Numbered from the stretch's first letter, positions 7,316 through 15,801 are shown. The stretch is 32,000 nt of DNA from Faecalibaculum rodentium (GCF_001564455.1 NZ_CP011391.1:660001-692000), one strand, 5' to 3'. The notes: a model not told the origin generated them from the letters alone. Translations and numbers: made by a program.

Positions 7316-9224
7316 GTGTGCCCGGCATGGCATACATCCAGGTGGTGAAAGTCCACTATGGGAGCGTATCATCGCAACCGCTAACCATTAGCTCAAGGCA
7401 AGGGGCTCACTGGCAACAGGAGTTCTGAAAGAAGCCCGGCGACAAAGTTCCGGCCTGAGGAACACGAACCGCATATAAGGCCACAGACGGAGACGAGCGT
7501 GCGAAACAGCGCAAAGTCGTAATAGTTGCGGATGACTGTCTGGGGTAAATGCGGCAGGTATATGGAATGAAAGATGTATGACCTTACCCGGGGAGGTCCT
7601 GCCAGCGAGAGGAATCATCAAACCATGATGACCCCCTTCCCGCAGTAATAACGAATGGCAGGAAGTCAGCCGAGGCCATAGTAGCGAAGAAGTCCCTGTA
7701 ATGGGGATGGAGTGAAGGGTCGAACGTACAATTTACTGCAAATATCAGGAATGCGTCCTGCACAACAAACCGACAAAGGACAAACCCAGAGAGCCCCTGA
7801 AGATGAGTAAGGAAGGGCAGTGCAGGAACACGTGAAAGAAAGGAGCAGCCATGAACCAGACCAGACTGATACAGCCGGAAGACCTGAGCACTCAGGAAAT
7901 CTTCTCCATGGAGAACCTGACCAATGCGTGCAGACAGGTACGACGAAACAACGGAGCGGCGGGAGTAGATGGGGTCAAAGCCAGAGAACTCCCTGTGTGC
8001 CCCGGAGAGTACTGGGAACAGTTGCGGAAACAGATACTGGACCGCAGCTATAAACCACTGCCAGCCAAAAGGACCGATATCCCGAAACCGGATGGGAGCA
8101 TGCGGGGACTGAATGTCCCGGCAGCCAGAGACAGAGTCGTGCAGGCCTGTCTGGCGAGCTATCTGGATTACAGGAAGGACTTCGAGATGAGCAACAGCTC
8201 ATACGGGTTCAGGAAGAACAGGAGATGTGAACAGGCGATACTGAAAGGCCTCGAGTTCATGAACGACGGATATGACTGGATCGTCAACATCGACCTGAGG
8301 AAATTCTTCGATACGGTAGACCAGAACAGACTGATCCGCCTGATAGACAACCTGTTCCATAACAGGGACGTCACGTCGCTGACAAGGAAGTTCGTCAGAG
8401 CGGGAGTCATGATAGACGGAAGGCTTGTCAGGACAGAAAGAGGCATCCCGCAGGGAGGGCCGCTTTCGCCGGTACTGGCCAACATCTATCTGGACCAGGC
8501 AGACAAGGAACTGGAAAGCAGAGGGCTGAGATTCACGAGATACGCAGACGATATGCTCATCTATGTGAAATCGGAAGCCGCCACCAACAGAGTGATGAAG
8601 TCATTCAGCAACTATCTTGAAAAGAAGCTGAAGCTGGAAGTGAATGCTTCAAAATCGAAAGTGGCCAGACCGGATGAAGTGAAATATCTGGGGTTTGGCT
8701 TCAAAAGGAACAAAAGGGAATGGAAGGCGATACCGCATGAGAAGTCCATTCATGAGTTCGAGCAGAAGATGATGAAGCTGACAAAACGGAACTGGAGCGT
8801 ATCTCTTGAGGAGAGGATTGAAAAAATCAATCAGGTCATCAGGGGATGGAGCAATTATTTCAGGTGTGCATGGCTGTATAAAGAAACGGTGCGCAAACTG
8901 GACAGCAAGCTCCGGAGAAGAATCAGGGCCATCATCTGGAAGCAGTGGAAAAGCATCAGGAAAAAAGAAGAGAGCCTTGTCAGGCTGGGATGTCCCAGAG
9001 ACAAGGCTCACTCATATGCGTGTGCTCGGCAGGGATATGTCAGGTGCGCAACTACATTCCTGAACAAGTATATCAGAAATATACACCTGAAGAAGAAAGG
9101 CCTTCTATCCATGGAGGAATACTTCGATACGGTGGCAGAAAGGTTCATGAAAACATTTGTACGAACCGCCCAGTGCCGAACGGCATGCTGGGTGGTGTGA
9201 GAGGGTCAGATGACACCACTCGAT
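7316..9224 (+). mobile_element. Group II intron, class C (IIC)-like, second diverged copy (about 1.91 kb)
   Basis: GTGTGCCCGGCATGG starts 1 nt after the terminator U-run. An internal RT/maturase ORF is present. A 34-nt domain V candidate lies at 9163-9196 (overlaps the ORF end). A short domain VI has candidate branch A at 9218, 7 nt before the proposed 3' end GAT (9224). The 3' boundary is less certain than for intron 1. Confidence 0.8.
7851..9200 (+). CDS. Group II intron-encoded reverse transcriptase/maturase (no endonuclease domain)
   Basis: 449 aa. Motifs RRNNGAAGVDG, PQGGPLSPVLANIYL, RYADDMLIY and RGWSNYF. Strong RBS AAAGGAG upstream. Confidence 0.95.
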   Translation: MNQTRLIQPEDLSTQEIFSMENLTNACRQVRRNNGAAGVDGVKARELPVCPGEYWEQLRKQILDRSYKPLPAKRTDIPKPDGSMRGLNVPAARDRVVQACLASYLDYRKDFEMSNSSYGFRKNRRCEQAILKGLEFMNDGYDWIVNIDLRKFFDTVDQNRLIRLIDNLFHNRDVTSLTRKFVRAGVMIDGRLVRTERGIPQGGPLSPVLANIYLDQADKELESRGLRFTRYADDMLIYVKSEAATNRVMKSFSNYLEKKLKLEVNASKSKVARPDEVKYLGFGFKRNKREWKAIPHEKSIHEFEQKMMKLTKRNWSVSLEERIEKINQVIRGWSNYFRCAWLYKETVRKLDSKLRRRIRAIIWKQWKSIRKKEESLVRLGCPRDKAHSYACARQGYVRCATTFLNKYIRNIHLKKKGLLSMEEYFDTVAERFMKTFVRTAQCRTACWVV

Positions 9225-9302
9225 TGTCTGTGCCGTAACGGCTGCTGATCGGATTCTGCTGCCTGACTGCCCCTGAACCGGAGGGATCCGCGAGGACGGA
9301 TA

Positions 9303-9971
9303 TCAGGCGTCGTGGTCCGGATTTTCCGGGGAATCTGCCAGCATCTCCTGCAATGTACTGCCAATGGCAGCAGCCAGTCTTGCGTGGTTTTCCTCATCCA
9401 TATGCAGGCCGTCCAGCGAAGATGCTTCGGCGAAGTCTGCTGCATTCAGCAAAGTGACCGGATACGGGGCAAGGGCAGCCTGCAGCTCTTCCCACAGAAG
9501 TCTGGACTGCTCCATGGAATACCGGTTGAAGCCGCCGCCTTCGCCTTCCAGGTCCGCCAGATTGTCACCCAGGAGAATGGGGGAGACGACCAGCAGCTGC
9601 GGCTGTTTCGTTCCTTCATACAGCGTGGGGTTCATCCACTCCCGGACATATTCCCGAAGCCCGTTGGCAATGTAGCGCGCAGAGCAGTGGTAGGTGGATT
9701 TCAGGTCGTTGGTGCCCAGCATCAGGACCACCGCATCCAGCGGCTTGTGGGACAGCAGCATCATCTTCCAGGCATCATAGCCGCATTTTTCAGGCATGTG
9801 ATGATCCCGGCAGACCGCGTTCCGGCTGTTGAGGCCCTCTTCCAGGATCTCTGCATCCAGAGTGCCGGCGGTGTTGAGCAGCCGCGTCCAGCGGTGATCC
9901 ATCCGCTGTCCGTCAGCCGGGGAGAACCCCCAGGTGTTGGAGTCTCCGAAGCAAAGTATTCGTTTTGTCAT
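9303..9971 (-). CDS. SGNH/GDSL-family hydrolase (esterase); possibly a sialate O-acetylesterase given its context
   Basis: Block I ILCFGDSNTWG, block III LMLGTNDL, block V DGLHMDEENH. The internal ATG 9971 is preferred over the TTG at 9995 because homology begins at MTKRIL. Confidence 0.8.
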   Translation of the reverse strand: MTKRILCFGDSNTWGFSPADGQRMDHRWTRLLNTAGTLDAEILEEGLNSRNAVCRDHHMPEKCGYDAWKMMLLSHKPLDAVVLMLGTNDLKSTYHCSARYIANGLREYVREWMNPTLYEGTKQPQLLVVSPILLGDNLADLEGEGGGFNRYSMEQSRLLWEELQAALAPYPVTLLNAADFAEASSLDGLHMDEENHARLAAAIGSTLQEMLADSPENPDHDA

Positions 9972-10060
9972 CAGATTGCAGTGTTTCCTTTCCAATACGC
10001 ACCGTCAGCCGCCAGAAGCGGGTGCAGCGGGAACCCGAGGGGGTTTATCACTTCGGACAG

Positions 10061-10897
10061 TCATGAACCATCCCGATGATTTTTGTGCAGCGCATCCAGT
10101 GTCTGCCGGTGCAGGTTATTCTTGAAGTCCCGGTTCTGCCGCATGAATGCCGCATACAGGATGTCGATCATCACCAGCAGCGGAAACTGCGGGGAGATGA
10201 AGTGCCCGTGGTTCATGTGAAGCAGGGAAGGCACGAGAATGACCTCGTCTGCTATGTGTGCCAGGGATTCCTGGCTGGTGGACGTGACCAGCAGCGTCCG
10301 GGCCCCGCGTTCTTTTGCGACTCCCAGATATTCCCGGAATTCCTTGCGGGCTCCGGACAGTGACAGACCGATCACAAGATCGTCGGCAGACCGGAACACC
10401 GAAAGCATGCGCATGGTGTCCACATCCGTGCAGCATTCGATGCCGACACCCACCCGCATGAAACGGCTGGCCATTTCCCTTGCTGCAATGCCCGAGGATC
10501 CAAGGCCGCTGACAAACACATGGCCGGCGTCAGAAATCATCTGCGCCACACGACAGATCTGCTCCTCGTCGATCAGGCTGTAGCTTTTGGTCAGCAGATC
10601 CTGGTAGGCATCCAGCACCTGCAGGGTCGATTCATTGATCCGGGGATCGGGTTTCGATGCAGAGAGACTGCGTTCGTACTGATAGATGAATTCCCGGTAG
10701 CCCTTGAAGCCGCATTTCTTTGCGAACCGCACAAGCGTGGCTTCCGAGACAGCCAGTTTTCTGGCCATGACCTTGAGAGCAGAGTCTTCCGGCTCGTTTT
10801 CATCCAGAAACCACTTTGCGATGGTCTTCTCTGTCTGGGTCATGCCCGGATAAGCCGCTTCGATCAGCGGGATGGCGGATTTTTCTTTGTATTGCAT
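10061..10897 (-). CDS. RpiR/MurR-family transcriptional regulator (HTH plus SIS domain); likely the nan cluster regulator
   Basis: The N-terminal HTH_6-like region (LTQTEKTIAKWF...ATLVRFAKKCGFKGYREF) is followed by a SIS domain (VFVSGLGSSGIAA). Start set at ATG 10897, with AGGGGTG 6 nt upstream. Confidence 0.85.
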   Translation of the reverse strand: MQYKEKSAIPLIEAAYPGMTQTEKTIAKWFLDENEPEDSALKVMARKLAVSEATLVRFAKKCGFKGYREFIYQYERSLSASKPDPRINESTLQVLDAYQDLLTKSYSLIDEEQICRVAQMISDAGHVFVSGLGSSGIAAREMASRFMRVGVGIECCTDVDTMRMLSVFRSADDLVIGLSLSGARKEFREYLGVAKERGARTLLVTSTSQESLAHIADEVILVPSLLHMNHGHFISPQFPLLVMIDILYAAFMRQNRDFKNNLHRQTLDALHKNHRDGS

Positions 10898-10977
10898 GGA
10901 GATCACCCCTGTACCCAGCATTGTACCCGAGAGAGCACAGGCCGCACCATGGTCAGACAGCCAGGGGCACTCCGCGA

Positions 10978-11871
10978 TCATGCCAGTTCCGGATGTCTGT
11001 TCAGAAAATTCACCAGTGCCCCTTTCATGCCTGCGGCATTCTGGTGGCTGGCAAATTCGATTCGGGTCGCATCGGCCACCAGCGGGATGGAGTGTCGGGC
11101 GAAGGCTGTTTCAATGGGGGACCGCAGCACGCCTTCCTGTGCCATGATGCCGCCGCCGAGTACCACGACCTCGGGATTCAGGACAAAGCACAGCGCCGCA
11201 ATCCCCTTGCCGAGGATCTCGCACATGGTATCGATCGCCTGGCGGCATTCAGTGTCTCCCGCTGCGGCAGCTTCGAAGATCCGGCGCCCGGTCCATTCCT
11301 CCGGGGTGCCGCCTTTGACCGCTGCCACAGTTGCAGACAGCACACTGGTGGCTGCCAGATCCTGGAAGGCTGTGCCATCCACCGGCAGGTAGCCCACTTC
11401 GCAGGCTGAGTAGGTGTGTCCGTTCAGTAGCCGGCCTTCCTCGATATAGCACCCGCCGATGCCGGTTCCTATGGTCATCACCAGGGCCGATTTTGCGCCC
11501 TGGGCATTGCCGCTGATGTATTCCGCCAGACCGGCGCAGTTTACATCGTTTTCCGCTTCCACCGGCAGGCTGAACTCCGCCAGTTCGTTTCGCAGGCTGG
11601 TCCCCTTCCAGCCGGGGATGGCATCCGTGGCATGCAGGATGGACGCTTCATCCGAGTTTACCACCCCGGCGGTGGAAATCGCGATCCCGCGAGCATCCGG
11701 GCACTCTGCCAGCAGCTCCCGGGTGATGTGCCGCAGTTTTTCCGTCAGGGCAGCGGCACCCTTCTTTGCCTCTGTGGGCGTTTCCCTGGTGCACTGCACG
11801 TCGCCTTCCGTGTTGATGACACCGTATTTGATGGCGGTGCCTCCGATGTCTATGCAGATGATGTTGTTCAT
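10978..11871 (-). CDS. nanK: ROK-family sugar kinase, probable N-acetylmannosamine kinase
   Basis: MNNIICIDIGGTAIKYG and ENDVNCAGLAE ROK motifs, in nan cluster context. RBS GAAGGAGGA upstream of ATG 11871. Confidence 0.8.
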   Translation of the reverse strand: MNNIICIDIGGTAIKYGVINTEGDVQCTRETPTEAKKGAAALTEKLRHITRELLAECPDARGIAISTAGVVNSDEASILHATDAIPGWKGTSLRNELAEFSLPVEAENDVNCAGLAEYISGNAQGAKSALVMTIGTGIGGCYIEEGRLLNGHTYSACEVGYLPVDGTAFQDLAATSVLSATVAAVKGGTPEEWTGRRIFEAAAAGDTECRQAIDTMCEILGKGIAALCFVLNPEVVVLGGGIMAQEGVLRSPIETAFARHSIPLVADATRIEFASHQNAAGMKGALVNFLNRHPELA

Positions 11872-11913
11872 GACTGTTTCCTCCTTCTGAAGTCTCTGTC
11901 GCCATTGTATTTC

Positions 11914-11951
11914 CAAAAACGGCGCCTTTCAGCATGAATCTGAAAGGCGCC
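11914..11951 (-). terminator. Strong intra-cluster hairpin plus U-run between the nanQ-like gene and nanK (terminator or attenuator)
   Basis: On the minus strand, GGCGCCTTTCAG-attcatg-CTGAAAGGCGCC (12-bp perfect stem) is followed by GTTTTTGG. Confidence 0.65.
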
Positions 11952-11956
11952 GGGGA

Positions 11957-12430
11957 TCAGCGGATCCGGACCTTGAAGATGGCCTTTTTCACCGTCTCCG
12001 GTTTCCCGTCGACAGCCACAGCCGTGCGGTGAGCATCTTCGGGATAGCAGACCAGGAAGTCACCGGTTTCCATGACAACCGAGGCGTTCTTTTCGCCATC
12101 CGCCGGCTGGAAATCACCCTCCGGCTGATAGACGCCGCAAGCCAGGTTGCCCAGAAAGTTCAGGTCGATCTGTTCCTTCCCGGAGATGTTCACATGCACA
12201 TCCAGATAGTCTTTGTGTGCTTCCCAGAACCGGTCTTCCGGTTTCTTCGTCTCGTATTCCACGATATTCACAAACAGGCGGTCCCCGTCGATCGGGTGCT
12301 GCCCGCAGGGCAGGGAAGCCAGGTCATGGGACGACGCCCACTCCAGTGCTTCCCGGACATCGGCACTGACCGGTGCGAAAGCAGCCTGCAGGGAATCGCC
12401 GCCGTGATTCTTCAGCGTTCCCCAGATCAT
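11957..12430 (-). CDS. YhcH/YjgK/YiaL (DUF386) family protein, NanQ-like sialic acid anomerase candidate
   Basis: 157 aa, cupin-like family sequence (GDFLVCYPEDAHR). Its ATG overlaps the stop of the upstream symporter gene (ATGA). nan cluster context. Confidence 0.75.
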   Translation of the reverse strand: MIWGTLKNHGGDSLQAAFAPVSADVREALEWASSHDLASLPCGQHPIDGDRLFVNIVEYETKKPEDRFWEAHKDYLDVHVNISGKEQIDLNFLGNLACGVYQPEGDFQPADGEKNASVVMETGDFLVCYPEDAHRTAVAVDGKPETVKKAIFKVRIR

Positions 12431-13992
12431 GCTGCGTTGCCTCCGGCAGCCGGACGGGAGATGGACTGCACATTGTCTGCTGTCTTCTTTTTCCGGAAAT
12501 CACCGTATACCGTGAAGGCAGGCGCATCACTGACATGACCCGTCACCTTGTCGTAAATCCAGCTTGCGGGCAGCCCCACAGCCAGGCAGACAGCAATGGA
12601 AATCAGGGAGTAGGACCAGATGGATACATCGGCGCCGCCGTACTTGATGGCAACCATGACCACCGTGGAGGCGATGAATCCCGCGAAGGCACCGCAGGTG
12701 TTGGCCTTGCGGAAGAAGACACCCAGAATGAAGATGCCCACCAGGATGCCAAGAACGAGACCCATGAAGCCGTTGAACCATTCATAGGCAGATGTCACGC
12801 CGCCCTGGGCCAGGACTATGGCCACGACAATCGAGAAGATGCCGACGAACAGGGAGACGTACTGACCGATCCTGGTCTGCTTCTCGAAGCTGAGTTCCTT
12901 TTTCGACAGCCGGGACTGAATATCAAGAGCCCATGAGGAAGCAACGGAGTTCAGGCCGGTGGACAGAGTGGACTGCGCAGCCGCGTAGATGGCAGCCAGC
13001 AGCAGGCCGGTGATGCCCACAGGGAGTTCAAAGGCGATATAGGAAGCGAAGATTTGGTCCTGTGCCGCTGCAGGAGGCAGGGGGTTCTGCTGATAGAACA
13101 CATACAGGCCGGTTCCAATCAGGTAGAACACAGTCGCCAGGCCAATGGAGAGGATGCCGTTGCCGCGCATCATCTTGTTGAGCTGCTTTGTGTCTGTGGT
13201 AGTGGTGAAGCGCTGTACGATATCCTGGCTGGATACATAGGAGCCCAGGGTGTTCAGGCCTGCACCGAAGATCATCAGGAAGACAGAGTCACGCAGGATG
13301 TTGGCGTCGAAAATCGGCTGGTCGGGCATCAGGAACTTGTGCTCGGTCCAGAAGGAGTTGAAGACTGCGCCAATACCGCCGTCGATGCTGCTCATGAGGT
13401 AGATCAGGGCGAAGACAATGCCGACAATCAGGACAGATCCCTGGATGAAGTCCGTCCAGAGCACGGATTTCAGGCCGCCTGAATAGGAGTAGATGATGGC
13501 GATGACACCCATGATCAGGATCAGGATGTTGACGTTGATGTTGGTGAGAGATGCCAGCACCATGCAGGGCAGATACATGATGATGGACATACGGCCCACC
13601 TGGTACACGATGAACATCAGGGCGCCGAGAACACGCAGTGCCTTGGAGCCAAAACGCAGTTCCAGGTAGTGATAGGCAGTGTCGATGTCCAGCTTTGCAT
13701 AAACCGGCAGGAAGAAGCGGATGGCCAGAGGAATGGCGATCAGCATGCCGAGCTGTGCAAACCACATCAGCCAGGTGCCGGCATAGGAGTTGCCCGCCAG
13801 GGACAGGAAGGAAATCGGGGACAGCAGTGTCGCGAAGATGGACACGGATGTTACCCACCAGGGAATGGTTCCGTCGCCTTTGAAGTATTCCTTGCCCTTC
13901 ATGTCTTTTTTGGCAAAGAACAGGCCGGCTACGAGAACGGCGCCCAGGTAGACAACCAGGATGATGAGGTCAATGACAGTAAAGCCTTGCAT
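12427..13992 (-). CDS. Sodium:solute symporter (SSS family), probable sialic acid transporter
   Basis: 521 aa polytopic membrane protein with an SSS-like N-terminus, located between nanA and nanQ-like. RBS AAGGAGAA. Confidence 0.85.
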   Translation of the reverse strand: MQGFTVIDLIILVVYLGAVLVAGLFFAKKDMKGKEYFKGDGTIPWWVTSVSIFATLLSPISFLSLAGNSYAGTWLMWFAQLGMLIAIPLAIRFFLPVYAKLDIDTAYHYLELRFGSKALRVLGALMFIVYQVGRMSIIMYLPCMVLASLTNINVNILILIMGVIAIIYSYSGGLKSVLWTDFIQGSVLIVGIVFALIYLMSSIDGGIGAVFNSFWTEHKFLMPDQPIFDANILRDSVFLMIFGAGLNTLGSYVSSQDIVQRFTTTTDTKQLNKMMRGNGILSIGLATVFYLIGTGLYVFYQQNPLPPAAAQDQIFASYIAFELPVGITGLLLAAIYAAAQSTLSTGLNSVASSWALDIQSRLSKKELSFEKQTRIGQYVSLFVGIFSIVVAIVLAQGGVTSAYEWFNGFMGLVLGILVGIFILGVFFRKANTCGAFAGFIASTVVMVAIKYGGADVSIWSYSLISIAVCLAVGLPASWIYDKVTGHVSDAPAFTVYGDFRKKKTADNVQSISRPAAGGNAA

Positions 13993-14079
13993 GTTGGTTT
14001 CTCCTTATACTCATTATTTTCTGTGGTGCTGTTTCAGACTCAGGTCGGTCTGTGATACGGGGCCGGAAGGCCCGTCGGA

Positions 14080-14997
14080 TCAGAGGTATTTCTTCTTTGC
14101 CTCACGGATCATTTCAGCGGCTTCGGAAACGATCTTCTGGTCAGCCTCGCAAAGCGGTGCCAGGGGAGCCTTCACGCTGCCCAGTTCCAGGCCTTCGTTT
14201 TCCTTCAGGATTGCCTTGATCACCGCATACATGTTGCCGTGGGCGGAGCACATCTTGTAGATGATGGCATCCACGTCGTACTGGATGGCTCTGGCCAGAT
14301 CCAGGTCTTTGTTTTCCAGGGCTTCGTTCATCTTCAGGAACAGCTCAGGCATGACACCATATGTGCCGCCGATGCCGCCTTGGGCACCGATCAGACGGCC
14401 GGAAATGAACTGTTCGTCCGGTCCGTTGAAGACGATGTAGTCCTCGCCGCCGTCCTGGCAGAACATCTGGATGTCCTGGACCGGCATGGAGGAGTTCTTG
14501 ACACCGATCACACGGGGGTTTTTGCGCATTTCGGCATACAGGCCGGGTGTGAGGGCAACGCCTGCCAGCTGGGGGATGTTGTAGATCACGAAATCTGTGT
14601 TGGGTGCAGCATCGGAGATGTCGTTCCAGTACTTCGCAATGGCGTGTTCCGGAAGCTTGAAGTAAATAGGGGGAATGGCAGCAATGGCATCCACGCCCAG
14701 GCTCTCTGCATGACGGGCCAGTTCCTGGCTTTCGGCTGTGGAATTGCAGGCAACGTGGGCAATGACTGTCAGGGAACCATCGTTGGCCTTCATGACGTTT
14801 TCCAGAACCTTTTTGCGTTCATCCACTGTCTGGTAGATGCATTCGCCGCTGGACCCGTTGACATATACGCCCTTGACGCCTTTGTCAATGAAGTACTTCG
14901 TCAGGTCCTGTACGCCCTGCTCGGAAATGTTGCCGTTCTCGTCGTAGCATGCATAGAAAGCGGGGATGACGCCTTCATACTTTTCCAGGTTTCTCAT
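14080..14997 (-). CDS. nanA: N-acetylneuraminate lyase
   Basis: 305 aa of the DHDPS/NAL family (GVYVNGSSGECIYQT, ...GVKNSS...). RBS AAGGAGAG. Confidence 0.9.
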   Translation of the reverse strand: MRNLEKYEGVIPAFYACYDENGNISEQGVQDLTKYFIDKGVKGVYVNGSSGECIYQTVDERKKVLENVMKANDGSLTVIAHVACNSTAESQELARHAESLGVDAIAAIPPIYFKLPEHAIAKYWNDISDAAPNTDFVIYNIPQLAGVALTPGLYAEMRKNPRVIGVKNSSMPVQDIQMFCQDGGEDYIVFNGPDEQFISGRLIGAQGGIGGTYGVMPELFLKMNEALENKDLDLARAIQYDVDAIIYKMCSAHGNMYAVIKAILKENEGLELGSVKAPLAPLCEADQKIVSEAAEMIREAKKKYL

Positions 14998-15111
14998 GTT
15001 TGTTTCTCTCCTTTTTTCTGTTTGTCCCGATGTCCGGGAAGCTGGCGGGAATTCGTGCCATTTCAGGGAGCCAGGCAGCTGTTCTGAGCCGCTGCGCCCT
15101 TTGCAAGACTG

Positions 15112-15139
15112 AGTATACGGTGCAGGAAATTAATTTCAA
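15112..15139 (-). promoter_or_regulatory. Candidate sigma-70 promoter of the nanA operon
   Basis: On the minus strand: TTGAAA (15139-15134), 16-nt spacer, TATACT (15117-15112). About 105 nt upstream of the nanA ATG. Confidence 0.4.
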
Positions 15140-15252
15140 GACAGGTGATAAAAACAGAAATTACTTTCACGAGGTGTGACGGTACCACGGTAAATGTCCA
15201 GTCAAGCAGTGAAATCCATACAAATTTAAGCGGAAAATCTGAAATCCCTTTC
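15126..15252. promoter_or_regulatory. Three GAAA-N4-TTTC inverted repeats (candidate operator sites) in the nan upstream region
   Basis: GAAATTAATTTC at 15126-15137 (overlaps the -35), GAAATTACTTTC at 15157-15168, GAAATCCCTTTC at 15241-15252. Confidence 0.35.
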
Positions 15253-15269
15253 AGAGCAGGAAAGTTGCA

Positions 15270-15311
15270 CAAAAAAAGAACTTCTGCATGCAGGTTGCAC
15301 CGGAAGTTCTT
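15270..15311 (-). terminator. Rho-independent terminator of the small membrane protein gene
   Basis: On the minus strand, AAGAACTTC-(18-nt loop)-GAAGTTCTT is followed by TTTTTTGTG. Confidence 0.7.
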
Positions 15312-15351
15312 CTGTCACACAAGCTGTATAATCGATCCAGCACCGGAAAGT

Positions 15352-15801
15352 CTAAAAACCGAGTGAATTCGTCCGCCACGGCTGGTAGGCGGAACTGCCG
15401 AATCCCAGGATCACCGTGAAGATGAAGGGGAAAAAGCAGAGTCCCAGGCCGTAGAGCAGTCCATGGCCGAAGGCAAAAGACAGCCGGTAGCAGCAGGTCA
15501 CCTGAATGAGCATCTGGACCAGGGACAGCACCATGGAAAAGATATAGGCAAAGCCGGTGGTGGTTTCCGTCTGGAACCTGAAGACCGCGGCGAAGACAGA
15601 AATGCCGAACCATACCCAGAACAGGGAAGTGTTCCAGCAGATTTTGTAGACAATATACATATTGTAAATGGGGATGATGGCTTTCCATCCGGCTTCCCCG
15701 GCTTTCTGGAACATCATCCAGGCACCGGCAACCACGAGAATATACCAGATCACAGTCAGCACCCAGAATACGGGTGAGGCGATCAAGGGCATCAGAAACA
15801 T
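15352..15801 (-). CDS. Small polytopic membrane protein (DUF5684-like), function unknown
   Basis: 149 aa with 4-5 hydrophobic segments and the motif AGWKAIIPIYNMY. RBS AAGGAGGG upstream of ATG 15801. Confidence 0.6.
   Translation of the reverse strand: MFLMPLIASPVFWVLTVIWYILVVAGAWMMFQKAGEAGWKAIIPIYNMYIVYKICWNTSLFWVWFGISVFAAVFRFQTETTTGFAYIFSMVLSLVQMLIQVTCCYRLSFAFGHGLLYGLGLCFFPFIFTVILGFGSSAYQPWRTNSLGF

Noticed and set aside
898-9200. The two reverse transcriptases as defence RTs (retron, DRT/UG, Abi-type) or a novel RT-based system
   Set aside because: Both RTs are embedded in RNA with group II intron termini (GTGTG 5' end, domain V, domain VI with branch A). Both have the maturase X-domain motif. 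Neither has neighbouring effector genes or msr/msd-like inverted repeats.
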